A DNA stretch of 64,000 nt from NCBI GenBank assembly GCA_964515375.1, contig CAZERF010000002.1, positions 29,164 to 93,163 on the forward strand. The letters run 5' to 3'. The DNA is from an uncultured Candidatus Saccharibacteria bacterium (lineage in GTDB: Bacteria > Patescibacteriota > Minisyncoccia > Phycocordibacterales > UBA6899). Of this stretch, positions 9,401 through 17,673 are shown piece by piece (position 1 is the first letter of the stretch; every line of letters starts with the position of its first letter). A model generated the notes under the pieces. That model saw only the letters and a list, made by a program, of their open reading frames with translations. It was not told the DNA's origin and ran no database searches. A program made the translations under genes and the position numbers.

Positions 9401-10294
9401 ATGGCCGAGAAGAACCGCACCCAAGCAAGCAGTTGCTTTTTTGCAACGCCATGGCATGCTGTGCATGACATGCAACGACTCCGCGCGAAAAAATCTCTCG
9501 GCCAACACTTCCTCCGTTCGACACAGGCAGTAAACGCGATCATCGACGCGGCGGTACTTTCAACCCAAGACACCGTGCTTGAGATCGGGCCCGGCGAAGG
9601 AGTGCTCACTGCGCGACTACTTGCGAAGGCGGGAAGAGTGATCGCGGTCGAAACCGACCTCCGCGCGATTTCCATTCTTAGCGAGCGATTCAAAGACGAG
9701 ATCAAAAAGGGAACACTCCTCTTGCTCCACGGCGATATCCGCGACACACCGACGCAAGAACGACTCTTTGCTCCCGATGCACTTGGCGCGCACTCCTACA
9801 AGCTCGTCGCCAACATTCCCTACTACATTACCGGCATGCTCTTCCGACTCTTTCTCGAGAAAGCACGGCAACCGGAATGCATCGTCTTTCTTGTGCAAAA
9901 GGAAGTTGCGGACGAGATCGTCGCACGCGACGGCAAAGAAGGTCTTCTCTCGCTTTCCGTCAAAGCATATGGAGCCCCGCGCATCGTGACCCGAGTCAAG
10001 CGCGAAGCGTTCACCCCTCCGCCCAAGGTCGACTCCGCGGTGATCGCGATCACCGACATCTCCCGCGCGCGCCTTGGTACACTCTCCGACACAGACTACT
10101 TTCGTGTTGTAAAAGCAGGACTCGCCGCCCGACGCAAAATGCTCCTTGGAAACCTCGCGGTCGGACTTCTACTTCCGCGCGAACATCTCCTCGCACTCTT
10201 CCGCAAACTCAAGATCCCGGAAGGGGTTCGTGGTGAAGACCTCCCCTCAAAGACATGGATCATGATCACAAAAACCTTATTCGAAGACAAATAA
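9401..10294 (+). CDS. rsmA: 16S rRNA (adenine1518/1519-N6)-dimethyltransferase RsmA/KsgA. True start may be the internal M of MQRLRAKKSLGQHFL.
   Basis: KSLGQHFL motif, SAM-binding LEIGPGEGVLT, NIPY motif (VANIPYYITG). Confidence 0.88.
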   Translation: MAEKNRTQASSCFFATPWHAVHDMQRLRAKKSLGQHFLRSTQAVNAIIDAAVLSTQDTVLEIGPGEGVLTARLLAKAGRVIAVETDLRAISILSERFKDEIKKGTLLLLHGDIRDTPTQERLFAPDALGAHSYKLVANIPYYITGMLFRLFLEKARQPECIVFLVQKEVADEIVARDGKEGLLSLSVKAYGAPRIVTRVKREAFTPPPKVDSAVIAITDISRARLGTLSDTDYFRVVKAGLAARRKMLLGNLAVGLLLPREHLLALFRKLKIPEGVRGEDLPSKTWIMITKTLFEDK

Positions 10295-10339
10295 AAAGAA
10301 CTCCACAAGGAGTTCTTTTCACAAAATAAATAAAATTGA

Positions 10340-12631
10340 TCACATTGATGTTCCCACCATAGACATTGTTCCCGCAGTCGGAATCAAACGACATTTTCTT
10401 TTTGACAACCTCAAACACACACCCGCTGGCTGGAATGTACCGAGCATCCAACTCCCCGACTTTGTCACCCTCCCAAAGGGATACAGACGAGTCATTCCCG
10501 GCTGGTAGATGAGGGGAAGACCTCCGGTTTTCGATGGGACGGTTAGGTCGCTGAAAGATACTGCGTAATTAAAAGTACAACTACAATACTGGACACGTGT
10601 GATCCGCCCACCGAACGGATACCCCACCAAACTACCCAAGCCGCCGCCCCCACCGACAATACCACCGATTCCTGTCACACCGGAAGAAAGTCCCGAGACA
10701 GAGGAAGTTAAAGAAGAGAGGTTCGTGGTGACACTCGAAATTGCCCCACTGGCGATTCCGGTCAAATTTGTGATCGACGTCGCATTAGCCAAAGAGAGCG
10801 CTCCTGTCGAAAAAATAGTCGAAGAAAGAGACGTGATCGACTCTATCGAGGTTGCCAAACTCCCCGTCACTGAACCAAGAACAGAACTTGCTAATCCTTC
10901 AATGTTCGTGAGTGATGATGTAATGCTTGTAATTTCAGTAAGAGCAGAATCAAAATTACTCGCCACCAAATCAGAAAGATTGGTCAAACTTGCGATTTGT
11001 TGAGTCAGATTTGTAGTGATACCCTCAAGCTGATTACTGATATTTGTTATCGATGAGATCGAGGATGAAAGATTGTTGGTGACCATGTCAGTGATTGCAG
11101 TGATCGACCCCGTTCCAGTAATACCCATAATTCCGCTGGCAATAGCGCTTTCAACATTCGCAAGCGTAACGGTACTCAAACTCCCCAATTGTGCGATCGC
11201 ATTCTGCACCACCGAATCCTTGATCGCATTAGTGATCGCATCTGCGTCGATTGTCGAGAGAGAAGCTGCGATCGTTGCGATATTTCCACCCCCCCCCACA
11301 GATGCAAAACTTCCTGCGATGGTATTTTGGATTCCGGAAACGTCGAGAGAGCCGGCGATCGAATTAAGTGTTTTCGCCGCCTCTCCGACAAACGCGTCCT
11401 TCAAAGTGTCCTGAAAGGCACTTGATGTGAAGGCGCCAAGAGATTGCGTGATCGTAGAAAGGTTCCCCAATCCTGTCGCCGAAATAATTTCCGAGCTGAT
11501 GGAATTTTTAATGTCAGAAAGATCAACTGCTCCGATCAATTCACCCACCTTATTTGCAGCAGCCGACATAACGGCATCCTTAACAACTTCTTCAAAACCA
11601 TCATCCAAGATGTTCTTTACCGATGCCGCGATCTTGACCGTCGAAATGACTCCTTCAATATCCGCAACGCTCATCACATTATTTACGATCGTATTTTGGA
11701 CCTGAGCTAGGTCAACCGTGCCAACCAAAGAAGAAACTTTTGATACTGTTTCAGAAATTACCGCATTCTCTACCGCAGACTGGAATGCCTCAACCGTTAC
11801 CCCGCTCATATTATTTACGATCGAAGCGACACTCGCTCCCGTATACGCACTGATCTTTGAAGCAACGATTCCTTGAAATTCTGAAACACTCAAGTCCCCG
11901 ACAGAAGAAGTGATAGCCGATACCGCATTTGTGATTACCTGCTCTTTCTCTAGAGTAGTCAACGCCACTCCTTTTGAAATTGCTTCACCAACGGCAACCT
12001 CAACCATTTGATTCACCTGACCAGACAAATGAACAGTAGAACTCACTTCTGTTAAAACAAGAGATCCGTCGTCAATCGCTTTTTTGATGCTTGTTTGAAC
12101 TAACGCATTAAGGTCGTTTTCATCAAGGAAGTCGATCGCCTTGATCTGTGAAAGAGAAACTGTCCCCTTCGAAATTGCCTCATTGATCGCGGTGTCCACA
12201 AGATTGTCAATACTCTCCTCAGGGGCGATCCCAATACGAGAAATCTGCTCAAGCTTCAATGTCCCCGAGAGAACCGCCTCATCAAAAGCGTCGGCAACTA
12301 ATTCTTTAGTAACCTCGGGATTCAGCTTTGACAAAGAGGAGATCACCCCGGGATTCACACCCGTCGCAGACAACCCCTCTGTGACCGCGACGGAAATGGT
12401 GTTTTCCATCGCAGTAACCGTCTCTGTCTGCAACTGCTCTACCTTTTCTATCCCTTCTTCAAGAGAAGAAGTGACCGCAGCGATCTCTTCTTCAACCTTG
12501 TCGATGGTAGGCGTTGCCGCATACACAGGAGATGCAACAGGGAGTAAGAATGAAAGAATAAGGAGAGGGGCAACAAAACGCAGGGTACGCGAATTCCTTT
12601 TTAATAACGACTTTCCTTGAGAGGGGTACAT
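10340..12631 (-). CDS. Large secreted repetitive protein (signal peptide, ~600 aa A/S/T/V/I-rich helical repeats, Gly-run, Cys-containing ~100-aa C-terminal domain). Hypothetical.
   Basis: N-terminal signal peptide …LLPVASPVYA|ATP. Recurrent ~30-aa units such as VDLSDIKNSISSEI and LDVSGIQNTIAGSF. C-terminal GGGGGLGSLVGYPFGGRITRVQYCSCTFNY… region. Confidence 0.7.
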   Translation of the reverse strand: MYPSQGKSLLKRNSRTLRFVAPLLILSFLLPVASPVYAATPTIDKVEEEIAAVTSSLEEGIEKVEQLQTETVTAMENTISVAVTEGLSATGVNPGVISSLSKLNPEVTKELVADAFDEAVLSGTLKLEQISRIGIAPEESIDNLVDTAINEAISKGTVSLSQIKAIDFLDENDLNALVQTSIKKAIDDGSLVLTEVSSTVHLSGQVNQMVEVAVGEAISKGVALTTLEKEQVITNAVSAITSSVGDLSVSEFQGIVASKISAYTGASVASIVNNMSGVTVEAFQSAVENAVISETVSKVSSLVGTVDLAQVQNTIVNNVMSVADIEGVISTVKIAASVKNILDDGFEEVVKDAVMSAAANKVGELIGAVDLSDIKNSISSEIISATGLGNLSTITQSLGAFTSSAFQDTLKDAFVGEAAKTLNSIAGSLDVSGIQNTIAGSFASVGGGGNIATIAASLSTIDADAITNAIKDSVVQNAIAQLGSLSTVTLANVESAIASGIMGITGTGSITAITDMVTNNLSSSISSITNISNQLEGITTNLTQQIASLTNLSDLVASNFDSALTEITSITSSLTNIEGLASSVLGSVTGSLATSIESITSLSSTIFSTGALSLANATSITNLTGIASGAISSVTTNLSSLTSSVSGLSSGVTGIGGIVGGGGGLGSLVGYPFGGRITRVQYCSCTFNYAVSFSDLTVPSKTGGLPLIYQPGMTRLYPFGRVTKSGSWMLGTFQPAGVCLRLSKRKCRLIPTAGTMSMVGTSM

Positions 12632-12666
12632 GATTATTCAAGTTAACAATAATGAATAGAAAAAGC

Positions 12667-13758
12667 TCAGATCTTGAAGGTGTAAAATTCGGTATTACTT
12701 ATACCATTTGCGTTCATGATCGTAATGGCAACAGGGTCTCTCATATCAACACTCGGGTCATCATATCCTGTCGATATTTGAGTGGTCACATCCTCATCGT
12801 CCAATCCGTCCTCGAAGATCATTGTGATCGGAAGTCTTATCGTTTTTCCGTCACGAGAGGGGAGGTCCTCCACTATGGAATTAGAGGTGTGCACATCATT
12901 GCCGGTTGAAGTGAACCCTGTGCCGGAAATAGTGACCACGGTTCCCTGAAACCCCTCCTTGGGCGAGATTGAAGTGATCGTCGGAGCAAGAGCATTTTGC
13001 GTAATAACAGAAAAATACGTTTTATTTGATTGACCCCGATCGTTTACCACCCACAACTCATGAGGTCCGAACGGGGCAGTATCCGGAACAACAAAACTCA
13101 ACTCTCCGGAAAGATTCTTAACATCAGAAACAGAAAGGGGTCCAAGATGAACAACGTTGCCGATAGAAGAAAACCCGAGCCCCGAGATCGAAATGGTCGC
13201 ACCCCTCGGTGCGGCATAAGATGAGGGAGCTATGATGACAGGGGTATCAGAATGAAAACCACCGGATAATTCAAGGGGGGGGGTTTTGCTGGCTGAGGAA
13301 GAGGTAGGGAGTGACACACCAGGAGAAACGCTTGGAACACTTTGCGGTGAGGAATTTACAGAAGGCGGAGAAATCTGAAAAGAGGATGGCTTCTGAGTGC
13401 ACAGTGCGGTGATCTTTGCCCGTGAGAACGTACCGACAAATCCGCTTCCGCTCGTGAGTCCGACTGGCGTCAACACCTCAGAGCGATACAGATCTTGAAA
13501 TTTCGTCACCGCTGTCTTGGTCTTCATTCCAAAGTAGGTGGTCTCATTACCTGGGGAACCAGCGCCGTCAAGCGACACCCTGGTGCGCGCATCAGTGTTC
13601 AGAAATACTTGAAGTGCCCGTACGTCCGCCCCCGACGCGCCGAGCGCGAGGTTTCGAGTAAAGAGCGCACACTCGGGAGTGCTTTGCGCGGCGGCAATTC
13701 CCGGGAGGAGTGCGGCGAGAAGCGCGGCGGAACAGGTTACCGAAAGGAAAGAACGCAT
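12667..13758 (-). CDS. Secreted protein with N-terminal putative peptidoglycan-binding domain, S/P-rich linker and two IPT/TIG-like beta-sandwich repeats. Hypothetical.
   Basis: Signal peptide. LGASGADVRALQVFLN…YFGMKTKTAVTKFQ resembles a PG_binding_1 domain. The motifs ATISISGLGFSS and TVVTISGTGFTSTG are IPT/TIG-like. Confidence 0.6.
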   Translation of the reverse strand: MRSFLSVTCSAALLAALLPGIAAAQSTPECALFTRNLALGASGADVRALQVFLNTDARTRVSLDGAGSPGNETTYFGMKTKTAVTKFQDLYRSEVLTPVGLTSGSGFVGTFSRAKITALCTQKPSSFQISPPSVNSSPQSVPSVSPGVSLPTSSSASKTPPLELSGGFHSDTPVIIAPSSYAAPRGATISISGLGFSSIGNVVHLGPLSVSDVKNLSGELSFVVPDTAPFGPHELWVVNDRGQSNKTYFSVITQNALAPTITSISPKEGFQGTVVTISGTGFTSTGNDVHTSNSIVEDLPSRDGKTIRLPITMIFEDGLDDEDVTTQISTGYDDPSVDMRDPVAITIMNANGISNTEFYTFKI

Positions 13759-14182
13759 GGATAGATAATATTAGAATGATATGCTGTAATTGTAGCAAAT
13801 ATGGAGAAGAGATACCCGAAACATATACACAGAAATGACGACCATGCATGTAAAGTGATGGTCGAAATCCCTCAACAAAGAAATGCAGAGCGCGCTTCCC
13901 ACCATGCACGACGGTCTCCTTGTCGCCCTCCATGGACGAAACGATCCTCTAAAGAAAGACGGAACCACAAGGAAGATCGCCCAAAAATACAAAAGAAGAC
14001 CGAAAACAGGTCACGGCGGTCACTTCCCGGGCATGTGTCTTCCGGAGCGTATCCGCCAAAATAGTGCACGATCACAAAAATACGGCTTCATCCAAAGACA
14101 TTTGAGCACCGACCCCTACTTATACACGCAGAATCCACAGGTTTTTCCACTTTTAGGCTCCACCCTCCTCCACAAAAGTACT

Positions 14183-14211
14183 TTGACGAGAAAGCTAAAG
14201 CTTGATATAAT
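14183..14211 (+). promoter_or_regulatory. Sigma70-like promoter (TTGACG, 17 nt spacer, TATAAT) for the 14267 gene. The 5'UTR contains a 7-bp inverted repeat, GTCAAGG..CCTTGAC.
   Basis: Near-consensus -35/-10 boxes with 17-bp spacing ~55 nt upstream of the start codon. Confidence 0.5.
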
Positions 14212-14266
14212 GAAATTTAGGTCAGTCAAGGTCCCTTGACACCATACCAACAGAAAGGAGGACATC

Positions 14267-14785
14267 ATGTCCACGCTGAAAAAGGGAGTCTTCGGGCTCA
14301 TCGTTGTCCTCGCAACATTTGCGGGGTTTGCACATGCCCAGCAATGCTACACGGACCAAAGGGCTGCCTATGCCGTTTACAATGCCATTGGAGCTGATGC
14401 GCAAGCGAGCATTTTCCCAAAATCCCAAGTGAGGGGAGGGAGGCCGGAGCGGTGCAGCGCCAGTGGGTTACTCCAAGCGAATGGCCCTTGCGTGTGTTTC
14501 GCGGCGGAAGGAAAACAAATGGGGAAAAATATCGTTCTGATTTGGACACCCGTCAATAGGGAGACAATCATTGTCTCCAAGCGCTCGGGGGGTGTTACCG
14601 TGGCGACGCAAACCTACAACGGTTACGCTGGTTCTTTTGCAAACAGCAAGAACCAAGACCCCTGCGCAAACTTGCGGGGGGCGAGCCTTGAGGCGTGTCG
14701 GGCCGCTCAAGAAGCAACGGGTGGGGACATTGGGGCCGCGGTTGGCACGGTCATCCGTGCCATCCCCGGACTCTTCGGACGATGA
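14267..14785 (+). CDS. Small secreted Cys-containing protein (hypothetical)
   Basis: Strong SD AAAGGAGG 7 nt upstream. Signal peptide ending AHA|QQ. 172 aa with 6 Cys. Confidence 0.7.
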   Translation: MSTLKKGVFGLIVVLATFAGFAHAQQCYTDQRAAYAVYNAIGADAQASIFPKSQVRGGRPERCSASGLLQANGPCVCFAAEGKQMGKNIVLIWTPVNRETIIVSKRSGGVTVATQTYNGYAGSFANSKNQDPCANLRGASLEACRAAQEATGGDIGAAVGTVIRAIPGLFGR

Positions 14786-14945
14786 GACGAGCGGAACAAT
14801 GGCGGAGCATACAATGCTCCGCCCTTTCTTTTTTTATACAAAAACAAAACGTTGTCCACAGAAACATAAAAAACGGAGAGACAAAAAGGCATGATCCGCC
14901 ATATAATAGAGAAGGCAGGGTGGTGGTTCCACCACCGTTGGCATA

Positions 14946-15950
14946 TTGATCATGAATATTTCTCAACTTCCGCATAAGAATCTTTATATAAGTGGCACCC
15001 TCGCGCTTCTTATCATTGGGATCGGCATCATCGTCAATCTTCCCGAGCGGTCGCACACTTCAAAACTTGCCGCATCGGACACTTCGTCGACAAACTCGTC
15101 CACTTCGACGACCGAGGGAGGCGAGCAAGACGCCGACGGCGACGGTCTCTTGGACTGGGAAGAATTTCTTTACGGCTCCGACCCCAAAAATCCGGACACC
15201 GACGGGGATGGCACGCGAGACGGCGAGGAGATACGCGCGGCACGCAACCCCATCGTTCCCAACACCGCCCGCGCGGGGGGAAACCCGAACGACCCGCTCA
15301 CGCAACTCCAAGACCCCAACTTTGCCTCAACCTCCGCCGCGATCAGCGAGGCGAAGAGGGAGTTCTTCAGAAAATATCTCGAACAAGCGGGAAAAGAGAT
15401 CCGCGAGACCACCTATCTCGACCTGATTTCCAAATTTGACTCCAGCAAGCTCAAGCCCAAGCGCGAGATCACCGATCTCGCAATAGCATCCGAGAATACG
15501 AACGACGCGGTCAAGGCGTATCTGAACGAATTTGGCTCCGCGGTCCTGCGCTTCAAATCTCCCAACGCTCCGCGTTCCGAGATCGCGATCATCGAAGACT
15601 TCGGCAAGACCCAAGACCCCCGCGTACTCAAAGAACTCCAACTCCCCGCTATCGACTATGCCAACTTTGCACTCGAACTCCGCAAGCTCAAGGTTCCTTC
15701 AGGACTTGCCAAGACACATCTCTTGATCGTCGAAGGGTATGAGGGTATGGCGCTCGGACTCTCGGGAATGATCACGATGGCAAGCGACCCCTTCATGGGT
15801 GCGGGTGGATATCAAGGATATCTCATCTATCGCGTGCAAGTCACCGACGCCTTTGCGGTCTTGGTGACCGAGGTCACAAAGCGCGGGATCACCTTCACCA
15901 AAGACGAGCCGGGCTACATGTTCTATGCCAATGTCTTCGCGGAACAATGA
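14946..15950 (+). CDS. Membrane-anchored protein with thrombospondin-type-3-like calcium-binding repeats (DADGDGLLDWEE, DTDGDGTRDGEE). Hypothetical.
   Basis: N-terminal TM helix (LALLIIGIGIIV). S/T-rich linker. Two DxDGDG repeats. Otherwise no recognisable motifs. Confidence 0.6.
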   Translation: MIMNISQLPHKNLYISGTLALLIIGIGIIVNLPERSHTSKLAASDTSSTNSSTSTTEGGEQDADGDGLLDWEEFLYGSDPKNPDTDGDGTRDGEEIRAARNPIVPNTARAGGNPNDPLTQLQDPNFASTSAAISEAKREFFRKYLEQAGKEIRETTYLDLISKFDSSKLKPKREITDLAIASENTNDAVKAYLNEFGSAVLRFKSPNAPRSEIAIIEDFGKTQDPRVLKELQLPAIDYANFALELRKLKVPSGLAKTHLLIVEGYEGMALGLSGMITMASDPFMGAGGYQGYLIYRVQVTDAFAVLVTEVTKRGITFTKDEPGYMFYANVFAEQ

Positions 15951-16007
15951 TTTATACACAGGGGTGATACGCCATCTTCACAAACTTAGGTTATAATTAA
16001 TCACGAT

Positions 16008-17606
16008 ATGTCTATGAGACGATCCATCATCAGGTCAAGCATCGCACTCCTCACGCTGAGTGCGTTTATCGCGCAGACCGCGCTCGCGGGAACGGTCGGT
16101 CCTGTGGGTGGTCCGTACGTCCCTGTCTACGACAAAACAACCAACACCAACTTCAAAGAATACATCGACCTCTTCAATAGTCAGATGGGGGCATCCGCTC
16201 CGAATGGCTCAACAGACTCACTGCGCGACTTGATCGCCGGAGCAAATCCTCAAGGAATTGCGGCAGCGGAGTGTGCGCGGAAAGATAATGCACTTCCCGC
16301 ATTGGCACTTTCCGATACAAGCCCGTGGGGGAAGGCCGTTGCCTCAACCACAGAAGATGGTGCAAATCTTCCCATTTCAGTACCAGACGGAGGAGACCCC
16401 AGCAACCCGATGGCGGGTCCCTTCATCCAGGTCAATGCAAGTCACTCGCTCCGCTGTTTGCTTGAGGATATTTTGGAATTCCAAAAACTTGGTGTGAGCA
16501 TTCAGCTTCACAAGCTTCTCAAAGACTACATCGCCGACGCCCAGACCAAACAGCTCACCAACCAGCTCCGCAACAAGGTCGCCGCAGCCAACCTCGACTG
16601 GTCGCGATCGGGAAATATGATCAACGACGGGGGGACGACGAGCTATGCACCGGTCTTCAGTACCAACCCCGCCGCGAGTCAATTCAATGTTTCCAATCGC
16701 CAGCTCTCGCACATCACCGACCAAGCTGCCGCCGACCCGATGGCGGGAAATCCTGTCGGCTCTCTGGGTATCGCCGCTCCATGGCGGTTCGACACAACCG
16801 CCAGCATGGTCAACAACATGCGCGGACTCGTCGACGACCCCTTCAACTGGACTCAATCTATTACCGGGCAAGGATTGACCACCGGAGCCAACCCGCTCTT
16901 TGCCGACGAATATGATTGGACCAAATTCAACCAAAGCTTCAACGACCCCTCGGCACTGAAGGGTGGGATGCTCACCTTCCTCGAAACAGCACTCGTCCCC
17001 TCCAACAACCCGATCGGTGCCTCCCAGCTCGCCGACATGGCGGCCAAGGGTCGTATTGAGCGCCAACTTGAAACAACAAAACTCAAGCAAACATCCTCCG
17101 GGTTCATTCCTGCGACGTCCTACGACACCAACCCTGCCAACCCCTACAGTCTCGATATGCAGTATGGTGTCGACACCAACCCCGCCGGGCAGAACCAACA
17201 AGTCGTGACCGACATGTCGCGCCAGGGAGACGAACAGGTTCGCGACGGCATGTCGCTCGATGCGCTCGGTGCCCCCTCGGCAATGACCCAATCAACCTCG
17301 CTCAATGCGGGAGGTGGAGTGCTCAATTACGACACAGCCCCGCTTGCTACCTCCACTACGGTAGTGAACTCCCTGGTGAAGGAAATTTATGACATCATTT
17401 GGTATGGCTATATCGGAGTCAGTGTGGATACTGCTGAATTTGCGAACGGAACCATGCTCTCCATCTACGACAATATGGCCTTCAACGACCAAATGCCTTC
17501 GGTTGTTCTTCCCGATCAAGCAATAGGCGGTGGCGGTGGGACCGATAGCACCGTTGATCTTTACGACAGCAGCTGGGGTGATTGGTCGAGCTGGTTCAAT
17601 TGGTGA
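16008..17606 (+). CDS. Secreted protein (hypothetical), 532 aa
   Basis: Signal peptide (…AQTALA|GT). No recognisable catalytic motifs. Trp-rich C-terminus WGDWSSWFNW. Confidence 0.65.
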   Translation: MSMRRSIIRSSIALLTLSAFIAQTALAGTVGPVGGPYVPVYDKTTNTNFKEYIDLFNSQMGASAPNGSTDSLRDLIAGANPQGIAAAECARKDNALPALALSDTSPWGKAVASTTEDGANLPISVPDGGDPSNPMAGPFIQVNASHSLRCLLEDILEFQKLGVSIQLHKLLKDYIADAQTKQLTNQLRNKVAAANLDWSRSGNMINDGGTTSYAPVFSTNPAASQFNVSNRQLSHITDQAAADPMAGNPVGSLGIAAPWRFDTTASMVNNMRGLVDDPFNWTQSITGQGLTTGANPLFADEYDWTKFNQSFNDPSALKGGMLTFLETALVPSNNPIGASQLADMAAKGRIERQLETTKLKQTSSGFIPATSYDTNPANPYSLDMQYGVDTNPAGQNQQVVTDMSRQGDEQVRDGMSLDALGAPSAMTQSTSLNAGGGVLNYDTAPLATSTTVVNSLVKEIYDIIWYGYIGVSVDTAEFANGTMLSIYDNMAFNDQMPSVVLPDQAIGGGGGTDSTVDLYDSSWGDWSSWFNW

Positions 17607-17673
17607 TCGATCGTCGTAGCAATTGTTTAGTTCGTGAATTTGTTTGAAAGTTTGGAGGAGCAGAGACGCAATA

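Noticed and set aside
8354-9508. 384-aa minus-strand ORF
   Set aside because: Antisense to uvrD helicase. Spurious.
16377-17291. 304-aa minus-strand ORF
   Set aside because: Antisense to the 532-aa secreted protein gene. Gly/Val/Arg-rich composition typical of reverse-strand GC-rich coding.
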